From Thermofilaceae archaeon (lineage in GTDB: Archaea; Thermoproteota; Thermoprotei; Thermofilales; Thermofilaceae), in NCBI GenBank assembly GCA_038861545.1, contig JAWCCZ010000003.1, positions 32,001-96,000 on the forward strand: 64,000 bases of DNA, given 5' to 3'. Shown here one piece after another: positions 9,896 through 19,927 of this stretch. Both the position numbers and the translations under genes were made by a program. Each line of letters starts with the position of its first letter. Positions within the stretch are counted from its first letter, which is position 1. The notes beneath the pieces were generated by a model, which saw only the letters and a list, made by a program, of their open reading frames with translations, did not search any database and had not been told where the DNA came from.

Positions 9896-11472
9896 AACAA
9901 CAACTTCGGTCTGATTTCTATCTCAACACCAAGCCTTCTGGCGGCCCGCTCGATTTTCCTACGAGGTTTCCCTACTACGTAATTATAATATTCTTCGTCG
10001 ACCAGTACAATTACTTTGTTGCCTTCAATAGAAGCTATTTCAATATTACCTTCAGGGAAATATTTTTTCAAGATACCAGCTAAGCGGGTCTTAACAACTT
10101 CTTCTCCGCGAACGGCGCCTCTTCCCTTTATGGGAACTACGAAGGTTCTATCTCCGAAGACATACAATTCATATTCTGGTTCTCCCGACAAGTAATCCTT
10201 GACCACGACTACTGGTCTAGCTAGCTCAGCTTCTCTAAGACCATGTGGGACTTTTACTACAGTCTCTAACTCATAAACCTTCTTTACCTCGCCTTCAGCT
10301 ATAAATATCACCGTGTCAATTATAGAAGGTATCATACCTAACTCAATTCTACCTATAAAACGCTGTATAGCATCTATGGGACTGGTCGCGTGCACAACCC
10401 CGACCATTCCTACACCAGCTAGCCTTAAATCAGAAAAGAGTTCGAAGTCGCTTGTGTTCCTCATTTCATCAAAAAATGTGTAATCTGGCCTGGAGAGCAG
10501 AAGAATATCGTGGAGCTCCTCAGAAGAGGCATAGTTTTTAGAGTACTGAGTTACATCGCTAGGCAATTGCATGTCACGAGGCGATTCTATAGTCTTCACA
10601 ATTTTACCTTTCCTGCGGTAGTATTCTGCTAACGCTTGGGCAAACGTGGTTTTACCCATACCCGGTGCACCGGCAATAAGTATACCCTCTGCCTGTTTTT
10701 CGAGCCGGTGCATAAGTCTGGGAGGAAGACTATAATCCTCTAAGCTGAGCCTTACTAGGGGTCTTACTGCAGTCACCTCCAAACCATCCGATAACGGGGG
10801 TCTAGTAATCACTATCCGGTAGCTGCCAACCTGTAATATTATGGATCCTGGTTTATCGCTTTCGATGAAAGCTGAATGATTACTTTTAGCATACTCTAAA
10901 ATTTCCTCTATAATATTTTCTAATTCCTCTCGGGTCATTAATTCCTCACTCAGTTGCACAAAACGCCATTTACCTGGTTTACCTACTTTAGCACGAGGCT
11001 GAACCCCCTCTTTTAGATGGATAGACATAGTATCATTAGAGAAAAACTGATCTAGCACAAATCCCTCACCTTTAGTTGGTTCGAGATGCAACGTTTGAAT
11101 GCCAGAACTTTTAGCAGCTTCCGCACAAATCTGGTCTGATGTTATTAGAGTGGCGCTAAGCTCCATTGCAAGTTCTCTAATTACTTCATCAGGTGAAAGG
11201 TCCCTTAACCATCTTAGCCCTTCTGGAAGATCTCTGACGTATTCAACACTAATAGAGTCTCTTTTAGCTATTATAAGCTCTCTGATCTGACTTAGTTCCC
11301 TTAATCCTACGAACCCCCTGTGGCTCCCCTCCCGAGCTAATCTCTCAAAATACGAAATAACAAGTGAATGAAGAATTAATCTACCAGTGATACTCCCTTC
11401 TTGCAATGCTTTTCGTAAAGCTCCAGTGGCTATTACGGTAGTATCAGCGATGTAAAGCTCTTCATCAGACAT
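9892..11472 (-). CDS. PIN-domain/VirB11-like ATPase with KH-like tail (PINA family)
   Basis: N-terminal ADTTVI PIN, GAPGMGKTT, RPDYTFFDEMR, GVVHA. Confidence 0.9.
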   Translation of the reverse strand: MSDEELYIADTTVIATGALRKALQEGSITGRLILHSLVISYFERLAREGSHRGFVGLRELSQIRELIIAKRDSISVEYVRDLPEGLRWLRDLSPDEVIRELAMELSATLITSDQICAEAAKSSGIQTLHLEPTKGEGFVLDQFFSNDTMSIHLKEGVQPRAKVGKPGKWRFVQLSEELMTREELENIIEEILEYAKSNHSAFIESDKPGSIILQVGSYRIVITRPPLSDGLEVTAVRPLVRLSLEDYSLPPRLMHRLEKQAEGILIAGAPGMGKTTFAQALAEYYRRKGKIVKTIESPRDMQLPSDVTQYSKNYASSEELHDILLLSRPDYTFFDEMRNTSDFELFSDLRLAGVGMVGVVHATSPIDAIQRFIGRIELGMIPSIIDTVIFIAEGEVKKVYELETVVKVPHGLREAELARPVVVVKDYLSGEPEYELYVFGDRTFVVPIKGRGAVRGEEVVKTRLAGILKKYFPEGNIEIASIEGNKVIVLVDEEYYNYVVGKPRRKIERAARRLGVEIEIRPKLLF

Positions 11473-11661
11473 TTTAGGACAGACCCTACTGAAATCTTTT
11501 TAAGTTTTCCGATACTTGCGCCTGCCTATTATGCCAAGCATCCAGTATAGCATGCGAAGCTATTTACGCACGTAACACGCACGCGTTACCATCGGCTTAT
11601 TCTCATCATACATTCTTCAAAAGGTGATTCCCCATTATAGGCGAAGCTCCATTCTAATTAT

Positions 11662-12003
11662 ATGGCTAATCATCGATTTAATCCTGATATATATAGGGAC
11701 TATGATGAGCTACAACAAGCGGTTCTTGAGGCCCTTCTCAAACTTATTAAAGCAACAAAGGGCTCGATGCTAACTTTTAATGCGAAAAAGCTAGCTGTTG
11801 TAGCAGGCCTCCCCACGCATCCAGTGGTACTTACCCTAATAAAGGATGTTGTAGAACAGCTGCAGGCTAAAGGTTTTGTTCAAAGAATATCCCAATCCAG
11901 CCACGGCGTTAAATATGCAATCACGCAAGATAGCCCATTATGGGTCATAGCTAAAAGTGGTGGGCAACTATTAATTCTGGAATCATTGGTAAAGGTGCAG
12001 TAG
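11662..12003 (+). CDS. Putative winged-helix DNA-binding protein
   Basis: Helical core followed by LQAKGFVQRI..GVKYAI wing-like hairpin. Confidence 0.55.
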   Translation: MANHRFNPDIYRDYDELQQAVLEALLKLIKATKGSMLTFNAKKLAVVAGLPTHPVVLTLIKDVVEQLQAKGFVQRISQSSHGVKYAITQDSPLWVIAKSGGQLLILESLVKVQ

Positions 12004-12102
12004 GGGATGGAGTTAATGGCTTAAGCGTAAGTTTATGTAAATATCTGCAGCATAAGCTACCACTACAGAAAGGCTAAAAATTACCGCAGAGTTATAATAA
12101 AC

Positions 12103-12480
12103 GTGGATGGGTTGTCCTCGTTTGAAAGAAAATTATTACAAGGGGAGGCTAATACGTGGCTTAAAATCCTCGAGGCTCTAGCTACATCACGGGGTTTCGT
12201 AACGCCCTCTGTTCACGCTATAATTTTTCTTAGAAATATAAAAGAGCTTGATCAGAGAAAATTAGTAAAAATAACAGACGACGTATTCATCGGCGATGGT
12301 GTAATAGTTGTTAAACATACAGAAGTTCCTTCACTACTAGCTCAACGATTAATCATCGGTTACTATTCGCTATGTCTGTTAGCTGAAAATGACCATTTAT
12401 ATATTGATAAGGTCACCGAGCTTGCTAAAACCGACCTTTGGCTTTTTCTAACGCTTCTTTCACAACGGTTTTTTGAATAA
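12103..12480 (+). CDS. Hypothetical protein
   Basis: 125-aa ORF whose stop overlaps the next start codon; no motif recognised. Confidence 0.6.
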   Translation: MDGLSSFERKLLQGEANTWLKILEALATSRGFVTPSVHAIIFLRNIKELDQRKLVKITDDVFIGDGVIVVKHTEVPSLLAQRLIIGYYSLCLLAENDHLYIDKVTELAKTDLWLFLTLLSQRFFE

Positions 12481-13526
12481 TGTACACTATGCAAAAAACG
12501 GTTACTAAGTTGCTTTTAACAACAGTGCCAGGCATCGAGGATCTTTTGCTTGAGGAAGTTACCAGATACTTAGCTGGGAAGACGGATATCGAAATGGGAC
12601 GAGTACTTTTTTCTTGTACAAAAGCATTAACTACAAAAGAGCTCAGCTTTTTAATTTCACAATTAGCGCTCGTCGAAAAAGCATATGTAATACTAGTAGA
12701 TACTCTAGTAGATGACTTGAATGACGTTAAGGCCTCCATAGAAGGGATTTTGGATACACTGAAGGAACTATTATATCCCTCAGCGAGCTTTGCGGTTAAA
12801 GCAGAAAGAGTTGGAGAGTTCAACTTTACGTCGATTGACCTAGCAAGAGAGGTGGGTTCTATGATTCAAAACATAATTTTTCATCCACCCGTATCTTTGG
12901 ACGACCCAGACATGCTCTTTTATGCAGAGGTTGTAGAAGGGAAATTCAGATTCGGAATAGACCTTTCTCCCTTTGTGAGCCTGAGAGACAGAGGCTATAG
13001 GGTATACGTGCATCCCTCGACACTGAATCCAATAGTAGCACGTGCACTTTGTAGAATCGCGCGGCTCAGGGATGGAGAATTTCTTCTTGATCCTATGTGT
13101 GGCGGCGGAACAATACTCATAGAGGGCCTGTTAGAAGCACGGGCATTAGGCTTGGGATTAGATATAAGAAAAAACCATATAAATGGGGCTAAACTGAATG
13201 CGCGACGTGCAGGTGTAAATGCGGAGTTCGGGGTCGCGGATATAAGGATGCTCAGTAGTACTCTCAGACAAGTTGTGGACGTAATAGCTACAAACCCACC
13301 TTATGGGATTCGTGAAAAGGCCGTTGGAGGATTAAAGAATGTTTATGAATCGCTTTTCAATGGAGCTCGAGAACTACTCAAAGAAGGGGGTAGGTTAGCG
13401 TTATTAAGTCCATTAAAAAATACAGTCATAAATTTAGCTGAAAAAACGCCCAGCTTAGTACTTATTAGCTGTAGGCAGATCGCTTTAGGTGGACTCAAGT
13501 CTTACATCTTCCTTTACGAGCGTTAA
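12480..13526 (+). CDS. trm14: THUMP-domain tRNA guanine-N2 methyltransferase (Trm14-like)
   Basis: TTVPGIED, THUMP domain, LDPMCGGGT, TNPPYG. Confidence 0.85.
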   Translation: MYTMQKTVTKLLLTTVPGIEDLLLEEVTRYLAGKTDIEMGRVLFSCTKALTTKELSFLISQLALVEKAYVILVDTLVDDLNDVKASIEGILDTLKELLYPSASFAVKAERVGEFNFTSIDLAREVGSMIQNIIFHPPVSLDDPDMLFYAEVVEGKFRFGIDLSPFVSLRDRGYRVYVHPSTLNPIVARALCRIARLRDGEFLLDPMCGGGTILIEGLLEARALGLGLDIRKNHINGAKLNARRAGVNAEFGVADIRMLSSTLRQVVDVIATNPPYGIREKAVGGLKNVYESLFNGARELLKEGGRLALLSPLKNTVINLAEKTPSLVLISCRQIALGGLKSYIFLYER

Positions 13527-13582
13527 TGGAGGGTCCCCGCTCCATGGGAAATTTTTTTAAAAGCTATAAACTGAGAGGGACT

Positions 13583-14044
13583 GTGGTTAACGCCAAGTAT
13601 ATTCCACCGCGTATCTTCATCGAAGAACTAGCTAGGTACCTCAAAGAGAATGTCAAGGAAGTTCAGCCTCCGGAATGGTCATTATACGCTAAAACTGGAA
13701 ATTATAAGGAACGAGTGCCCGACGATCCAGATTGGTGGTATAAACGATGTGCCTCACTACTACGAAAGCTTTATGTCCATGGCCCAGTGGGCTTGGAACG
13801 GCTAAGAGTTTCATATGGCGGAAGGAAAAATCTTGGACATAAACGCGAGCATTTCTCGAAGGCTGGAGGCTCGGCCATAAGAAAAGCTTTGCAACAACTC
13901 GAGGCCGCAGGTCTTGTCATGAGATTAGAGAAAAAGGGGCGTGTCTTAACACCAAAAGGTAAAGCGCTTCTTGATACTCTGGCGTATAATGTATTTAAAC
14001 AGTTGGCTGCTGAGAAACCAGAGTTGGTAAAGTACATAAGCTAG
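13583..14044 (+). CDS. rps19e: 30S ribosomal protein S19e
   Basis: PPEW..KTG..KER.P, WWYKRCASLLRK, LQQLEAAGLV; GTG 13583 preferred. Confidence 0.96.
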   Translation: MVNAKYIPPRIFIEELARYLKENVKEVQPPEWSLYAKTGNYKERVPDDPDWWYKRCASLLRKLYVHGPVGLERLRVSYGGRKNLGHKREHFSKAGGSAIRKALQQLEAAGLVMRLEKKGRVLTPKGKALLDTLAYNVFKQLAAEKPELVKYIS

Positions 14045-14068
14045 GCTTTCCATAATATCAAATTAGGG

Positions 14069-14431
14069 GTGTGTAGTATGGAAGAATATGATGAGGAGCT
14101 TGAAGAAATTAAAAAGCGGAAAATGCTCGAGTATCAACGAAGACTAGCTGAAGCTGCTCAGTCTGAGGAGGAACGAAAGTTAGAGGAAGCAAAGAGACAA
14201 GAGTTCTTAAGAAAGATTCTTACTCCAGAAGCTAGGGCAAGGTTAAATAACTTAAAGATGGTTAAACCAGAGCTAGCTGAAGCTATAGAAAACCAATTGA
14301 TCCAACTGGCCTATAGCGGAAGAGTGCCCACACCTGTTACAGATGACTTATTAAAGGAACTATTAAAGAAAATTACCGATGCGCAGAAGGAGCTAAAGTT
14401 AAAATATATTAGAGGAAGTTCGCTGAGGTGA
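14069..14431 (+). CDS. PDCD5/TFAR19-family DNA-binding protein
   Basis: ILTPEARARLNNLKMVKPE; conserved between rps19e and rpl39e. Confidence 0.92.
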   Translation: MCSMEEYDEELEEIKKRKMLEYQRRLAEAAQSEEERKLEEAKRQEFLRKILTPEARARLNNLKMVKPELAEAIENQLIQLAYSGRVPTPVTDDLLKELLKKITDAQKELKLKYIRGSSLR

Positions 14432-14437
14432 AAAGCT

Positions 14438-14590
14438 ATGGCTCGCAACAAACCGAGCGCGATGAAGAGGAGACTAGCTAGCGCTATAAAGAGAAATTAT
14501 CAGATCCCCATCTGGGTAATGGTGAAAACCAGACGCCGAGTTGGCAGGAAAATACGGAGGAATTGGAGAAGAAGTAGGATGCAGTTATAG
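14438..14590 (+). CDS. rpl39e: 50S ribosomal protein L39e (not in ORF track)
   Basis: MARNKPSAMKRRLASAIKRNYQIPIWVMVKTRRRVGRKIRRNWRRSRMQL*. Confidence 0.96.
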   Translation: MARNKPSAMKRRLASAIKRNYQIPIWVMVKTRRRVGRKIRRNWRRSRMQL

Positions 14591-14600
14591 GTGAAAGCTA

Positions 14601-14879
14601 ATGAGCGAAATTGAGAGAGTATATGTAATTCCTCTGAAAAATGTCTACAGGGTACCGCTTACCAAAAGGGCTAAGGTAGCTATACGAATAATAAGGGAAT
14701 TTCTAAAACGACATGTTAAAGCTGAAATTATACGCATTTCCCCTGCAGTCAACAACCTTGTATGGTCACGGGGAATAGCCAAGCCTCCAAGGAAGCTGCA
14801 AGTGAAGGTCAAAGTAACCACCGAGGAGGGAGTCAGGGTAGCTGAAGTTGAACCTCTGGAGAGGGCCGGTAGTTCTTGA
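14601..14879 (+). CDS. rpl31e: 50S ribosomal protein L31e
   Basis: ERVYVIPL, KRAKVAI, VWSRGIAKPP. Confidence 0.96.
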   Translation: MSEIERVYVIPLKNVYRVPLTKRAKVAIRIIREFLKRHVKAEIIRISPAVNNLVWSRGIAKPPRKLQVKVKVTTEEGVRVAEVEPLERAGSS

Positions 14880-15550
14880 GTGTCGAGATAGTCTACGCCT
14901 TTGGTAACTCTAACATCGGAGTTTACGTATCAGCAAGTGATCGTTTTGCTTTGTTGCCTCCTGAAGCCCCTGAGAAGCTAGAACGTGTGCTTGAAAGAAA
15001 CTTAGGCGTGGAAATTATCAGGGTTACTATCAATAGCTCCCCCCTTCTAGGAGTTTTATGCGTTATGAATAGTCATGGTATCTTGCTCGGACGCTTGGTT
15101 AGAGAAGGTGAAATTAATATATTAAAAGAAAAACTTAAAGATTATTTAAAATTAGAAATATTAGAAGAACTAAAAGAGAATGCAATAGGTAATTTAATTC
15201 TAACAAATGATAGAGGAGCTATTGTGAGTCCGTTAATACCTCATAGTATGCTGAAGAAGATTGCTGATGCACTGGATGTTGAAGTTGTCCAGAAGGACTT
15301 TGGTGGGTCTAACCTAGTGGGAGCTATGGGGGTAGCAACGAACAAAGGAGCTCTTCTATCCCCTTTGATGACCGACGATGAGGTAGAACAAGTATTAGAG
15401 ATACTAAAAGTACTAAAGGGCGGAATCGGTACTGTGAATAAAGGAAGTGTATTTGTAAAAGGAGGAATAGTTGCCAACAGTAAGGGCGCAATAATAGGTT
15501 ACGAGACGACGGGTATAGAAGTCATGAGAATTCATTCATCTCTTTTTTAA
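14876..15550 (+). CDS. eif6: Translation initiation factor 6
   Basis: GNSNIGVY, IGNLILTND, GTVNKG, ANSKGA repeats; follows rpl31e. Confidence 0.95.
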   Translation: MSVEIVYAFGNSNIGVYVSASDRFALLPPEAPEKLERVLERNLGVEIIRVTINSSPLLGVLCVMNSHGILLGRLVREGEINILKEKLKDYLKLEILEELKENAIGNLILTNDRGAIVSPLIPHSMLKKIADALDVEVVQKDFGGSNLVGAMGVATNKGALLSPLMTDDEVEQVLEILKVLKGGIGTVNKGSVFVKGGIVANSKGAIIGYETTGIEVMRIHSSLF

Positions 15551-17332
15551 GCCCTCAATGCTGATTCGTGTACGATACTCGTCCTTAACTTCGTCAGGTA
15601 TTAGATTGGAAGGTTTATAGATGGTAAGTGGTCTTATAAGGTGGGTCACATTATTTGAAAGGCAAAGGCTGCAGATACCTCTTAATCCCTGAGCTACTGT
15701 ACCACATAACTCACAAACAGTAAATTCCAAGTGAAAAGTAACCCTAAATATCCCTCTATTCATAGCTAAACACAAAGTTTTGATTAAAGTTTCCGAGAAT
15801 AAATGTGATTTCGATGCTACCGGCCATACGGATCCTCCCTGAAGCACTCCTTGAGTTGCCCCTTCCACCGAAGCCCATTCCTCAAAACTTCTCTCTATTG
15901 AGAGTACACAACTACTGAGTGGATTAAAGAGCTTTGTCCGAGCATTTGAATAAAGTTTTTCGTCAGGCATTGATGCTGAAACATCAATGTCACTTATAGA
16001 ACGCGAAATTGACTTCCAAAATCTGTTAGCCAGTTCAATTAAATTACTTAACCTCAAGTCTCGATGATGCATTCTCATCGCAGCTTCGAAACCAGTGAGT
16101 GCTAACTGTGGACTCAAAACTTCATAGTTTTCAACTAAACCCTTTAAACGTGACACAATGCGGCCCGTGTTAAAGTGTGCGCTAAGCATTAAACATTCCT
16201 GAGCTACGTGTTCTAGGATATTGTAAGCATCTAAACCGCTCTGCTTAACTTCAACATATAAAGTAGTAAGAGGAACTGCTACTCGGATAGGCAAAATATA
16301 GGCTTTCTCCGCATCAGGCACAGGAGCCTCGGCCAGCGATATACTAGGTATTCTACCCCCTCTGCTTATTATAGAGCAGACTGGGCTATTAATTACGGTC
16401 AGCCAGTCAAGTATGCTTTCGCTCCATTCGTTAAAGTCATGAATGACGACTCCCAACCTCCTAAATCCATCTATAGGTGGCTCATTTGGATCTATTACTA
16501 CCGTAACTTTCCCAGGAGGAATTAAATTATCTATAGTTTTTAACTCCTCCTGATCTACTTTATCTATTAACACGACTATCTCATCAACGTAATCTATTAA
16601 ACGTGCAACTGTTTTTGTGATGCTATTCCTTAACTGTAAGAAAACTGTTTGAGCTCCCGTCAATGTGTAAATGGGGTTCCTTACAAAAACCAATCCTTTA
16701 AGTTGATAATCGTAAAGTGTTTGAGATATATTACGCAGTGTTTTTAAACTAATTATGTTTTCACATAACTCTTCACGAAAGCCAGAATATTCGCGACTAG
16801 CGTATGATCTGGCTAAGGCTTCGCTCACTTCAGGAGGCAAACAAATATAATCGCCTATTTTCCCTATAAGTTCTATTTCCGCTAAAAGCCCTAGAATTTC
16901 TTCACTAACTGGTTCACCTGAACTTGAAAGTTTTTCCCAAATTCTTGCTATAACTTCTTCGCTTTCATTACTGTACCCGACACCCGATTTGCGAGCGATT
17001 TCTGAAAAAGAAACGCTCTTCGGGACTCCTCTATAATCAATTAAAGTCGACTTCTTCGATTCTCCATACAATCCTCCCAGCTCACGAAGCCTGGTTACAA
17101 TCCATCTTCCGATGCTAGTCAGTTCATACAACCCTTTTTCATTTACATTTATCAACCCCGCATCTCTAAGTTTTCTGATGTGAAAGTTTAGTTTACCGCC
17201 AGTCAAATTTAATTCATGAATAAGATCGGTGAAGTTACTCGAACCTTTTGATGCTAAATGCAAAAGTATGCGAATCCTTATTTCATGTCCAACACTTTGT
17301 AAAACCCTAGTGACTTCTCTGTTTACTTCCAT
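15536..17332 (-). CDS. ArsR-type HTH fused to ATP-cone-like region and degenerate class III ribonucleotide reductase (NrdD-like) domain
   Basis: N-terminal HEIRIRILLHL..LNFHIRKLRDAGLI; C-terminal QGGSV, CELCG..CSLC and IRPLTIYKP..KDEYRTR aligning to the NrdD Zn site and Gly-radical loop but without the Gly. Confidence 0.72.
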   Translation of the reverse strand: MEVNREVTRVLQSVGHEIRIRILLHLASKGSSNFTDLIHELNLTGGKLNFHIRKLRDAGLINVNEKGLYELTSIGRWIVTRLRELGGLYGESKKSTLIDYRGVPKSVSFSEIARKSGVGYSNESEEVIARIWEKLSSSGEPVSEEILGLLAEIELIGKIGDYICLPPEVSEALARSYASREYSGFREELCENIISLKTLRNISQTLYDYQLKGLVFVRNPIYTLTGAQTVFLQLRNSITKTVARLIDYVDEIVVLIDKVDQEELKTIDNLIPPGKVTVVIDPNEPPIDGFRRLGVVIHDFNEWSESILDWLTVINSPVCSIISRGGRIPSISLAEAPVPDAEKAYILPIRVAVPLTTLYVEVKQSGLDAYNILEHVAQECLMLSAHFNTGRIVSRLKGLVENYEVLSPQLALTGFEAAMRMHHRDLRLSNLIELANRFWKSISRSISDIDVSASMPDEKLYSNARTKLFNPLSSCVLSIERSFEEWASVEGATQGVLQGGSVWPVASKSHLFSETLIKTLCLAMNRGIFRVTFHLEFTVCELCGTVAQGLRGICSLCLSNNVTHLIRPLTIYKPSNLIPDEVKDEYRTRISIEGLKKR

Positions 17333-17344
17333 GATATATAACTC

Positions 17345-18703
17345 CTACTTCCAAAATTCTTCTTTAACTAAGTAATATAACTCTTCCTCATCTTTAAACC
17401 ATTTTTCAAAACCCTTGGGCTCCTGGGGAAATTCAGAATAAATACTCCGCGCTTTATCCATATAGTTCTTCAGTTTAGTTATTTGAGATAGGAGACTCGG
17501 TTTTCTAAGTAACCTGATAGCCCCCACAAGCTTAGTAATGACAGCAGCTACAAGCTCACCTCTATAGCCGAGAGAGGATAACTCATCATCACTTACCACT
17601 CCACTTTTAACTATTAACTCAAGGTCATCGTTAGTTAATCCTTGTACGTATATCCTTACTACATCCAGCATTGCCTGTTTAATCCCATATGCATCCAAAT
17701 ACGCTTTTTGATATGGCCAAAGGTATTCCATGTCGGTTCTTCCATTTTCAAGAGCGCTTATAGTAACCTTAGCAGCATGATAACTACTAACAAGCGCAGG
17801 CCCTATTCCGCCCCCATGGAGCGGGTTAGCGGTATAGGCAGCATCACCGACAGCTATGAACCCGTTCCAAATGACACATGGTGCTAACCGTCTTGTTGGA
17901 ACAAGTCCACCCCCCTCATGTAGCACTTTACCTTTAACGCGTGTCAACTCACTAAGCAAATGTTTCTCAAACATTATACGGGGATTTGGAGCGCCTTTTC
18001 CTGCCTTGACACCCAGTCCAAAGTTTACAGTGTATTTATCTTTTGGAAACCACCACCAGTACCCTCCTGGAGCCACTTCAGCATTCAATATTATGTATGC
18101 TAAGCTGGGGTCCTGTTCTTCCTCTATTGATGCTATTACTCGATAGGCTACGTTGAAGTCTTCAAGGGGAGCTTTGTATGAAACCCACCACTCAGGTGGT
18201 AATTTTGTTCGTACTGCTGCCGTAGCACCTGTAGAATCAACCACAATTTTTGATTTTACTTCTATTAAACCTTTTTTACCGGTAACTAAAACCCCGTTCA
18301 CACGCTTTTTCTCAATTATTGGTTTTTGCACTTGATGGTCTGCTAGGAGCTCTGCACCTGCATCAAGTGCCATTTTCAAGAGTCTTTGACCAAAAGCCTT
18401 CCTATCTAAAGCGTAACCATTTCCCCATGCGGTGATATAATACTTTCTGCTAGGAGAAAAAACGCGAACTCCTTTTATAGTTCCTGTCGCATCTAATCCA
18501 ACTCGAGGGTTTTCTAATCCAACAGCTTTAAAGTGATGTTCTCCGACAGCGTCTCCGCAGACTTTCTCGCCAACCCTATCCTCGCTTTTAGTCTCAACCA
18601 AAATAGTAGAGAAACCAGCTTTAGATGCATGATAAGCAAAGAACAGGCCGCTAACACCTGCACCTGAGATTACTATATCATAATTTACTTTCAAGCTCAT
18701 CAA
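17345..18703 (-). CDS. Geranylgeranyl reductase family FAD oxidoreductase
   Basis: GAGVSG, KVCGDAV, PGGYWWWFP, VGDAA..NPLHGGGI. Confidence 0.92.
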   Translation of the reverse strand: MMSLKVNYDIVISGAGVSGLFFAYHASKAGFSTILVETKSEDRVGEKVCGDAVGEHHFKAVGLENPRVGLDATGTIKGVRVFSPSRKYYITAWGNGYALDRKAFGQRLLKMALDAGAELLADHQVQKPIIEKKRVNGVLVTGKKGLIEVKSKIVVDSTGATAAVRTKLPPEWWVSYKAPLEDFNVAYRVIASIEEEQDPSLAYIILNAEVAPGGYWWWFPKDKYTVNFGLGVKAGKGAPNPRIMFEKHLLSELTRVKGKVLHEGGGLVPTRRLAPCVIWNGFIAVGDAAYTANPLHGGGIGPALVSSYHAAKVTISALENGRTDMEYLWPYQKAYLDAYGIKQAMLDVVRIYVQGLTNDDLELIVKSGVVSDDELSSLGYRGELVAAVITKLVGAIRLLRKPSLLSQITKLKNYMDKARSIYSEFPQEPKGFEKWFKDEEELYYLVKEEFWK

Positions 18704-18728
18704 CCCCCCTTTACTGTAGAAGCTTTTA

Positions 18729-19091
18729 TTACTGCTGTGTTTTATTGGCGCGTTTTAGCCATTCTTCGACTACATCTACACCATAGATTTCCTTTAAACG
18801 TCTTCTACCATCCTCTGTAACTCTTAGCGGAGACCAAGGTGGATCCCAAACAAGCTCAATACTAATATTCTTCACACCTGTTATATTTTGTTTAATTACT
18901 TCTTCTATAAGGGAAGGAAGGTAACTCCCAAGGGGGCAACTTGGAGCCGTCAAAGTCATTTTTACCTTGACTTCGGAATTGTTAACCTCCAAGTCGTATA
19001 TTAAACCTAAGTCATATACATTGACTGGGATTTCAGGATCATAGACTTTTTTTAGCGCCTCTATTACTTTATCTTTTAAACTCACATGCAC
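18729..19091 (-). CDS. DUF59/SufT-like Fe-S cluster assembly factor
   Basis: VYDPEIPVNVYDLGLIY, MTLTAPSCP, VWDPPW. Confidence 0.93.
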   Translation of the reverse strand: MHVSLKDKVIEALKKVYDPEIPVNVYDLGLIYDLEVNNSEVKVKMTLTAPSCPLGSYLPSLIEEVIKQNITGVKNISIELVWDPPWSPLRVTEDGRRRLKEIYGVDVVEEWLKRANKTQQ

Positions 19092-19213
19092 TGCACTCCT
19101 ATAAGCATTTATTATTTACGTGCATCAAGCTATGGCTACAACTATAACCCTAATTGGGAATCGGTTTAAAAGGAACTGCTTAAATTTAAAAGCTGCTAAA
19201 ATACAGCTGCGCG

Positions 19214-19927
19214 ATGAGTGAACCAGTTAAATCAGGCGATGTGGTACTACTTCACTATACGCTAGTGCTCAAAGACGAGAACAAGGTTCTCGAAACAACC
19301 ATAGAGGAGGTTGCCAAAGAGCAGGGAATTTACAGCGATAAAGCCACATATAAGCCCACTCTACTAATAATTGGTGCTGGTGAAGTTCCTGCGGGACTAG
19401 AAGAAGCAATTACTGGAATGAATGAAAATGAGGAAAAGGAGATAGAGGTTCCACCCGAAAAAGGTTTTGGAAGAAGAGACCCGGATAAGGTGAGAGTGCT
19501 ACCAGCCAGGCTATTTTCGTCTCAAGGTGTTATACCTAGAGCCGGAGAGGAGGTAGAAATAAGGGGTGAGAGAGGAACTATCGTGAGCGTAGGCAGCGGT
19601 AGAGTTATTGTGGATTTTAACCATCCCCTAGCAGGAAAAAGTTTGCTTTACAAGGTGAAAATAGTTAAAGTAGTTAGGAACGTTGAGGAAAAAACTAGGG
19701 CTTTATTGGAAAAATACATAGGAGTAGTTGAGGGGGTTGAAGTAAAGGTGGAAGGTGATGCAATTATACTCAATATACCATTTCACCTGCTGCATTCCAG
19801 TGATTTCATAGAGAGAATCGAGCGATTCGCTCGAGACCTTGAGAAGCATGTAAATGAAGTCACTACGTTAAAGCTGGAAAGCACCATGTTGCGGCGAATG
19901 TCAGAAACTCCGGTGCAACAGACTTGA
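19214..19927 (+). CDS. Long-type FKBP peptidyl-prolyl isomerase (SlyD-like)
   Basis: GLEEAITGM, PPEKGFG, VDFNHPLAGK. Confidence 0.93.
   Translation: MSEPVKSGDVVLLHYTLVLKDENKVLETTIEEVAKEQGIYSDKATYKPTLLIIGAGEVPAGLEEAITGMNENEEKEIEVPPEKGFGRRDPDKVRVLPARLFSSQGVIPRAGEEVEIRGERGTIVSVGSGRVIVDFNHPLAGKSLLYKVKIVKVVRNVEEKTRALLEKYIGVVEGVEVKVEGDAIILNIPFHLLHSSDFIERIERFARDLEKHVNEVTTLKLESTMLRRMSETPVQQT

Noticed and set aside
11540-11610. ATGATGA C-box-like motif on the minus strand
   Set aside because: No properly spaced D', C' or D boxes follow
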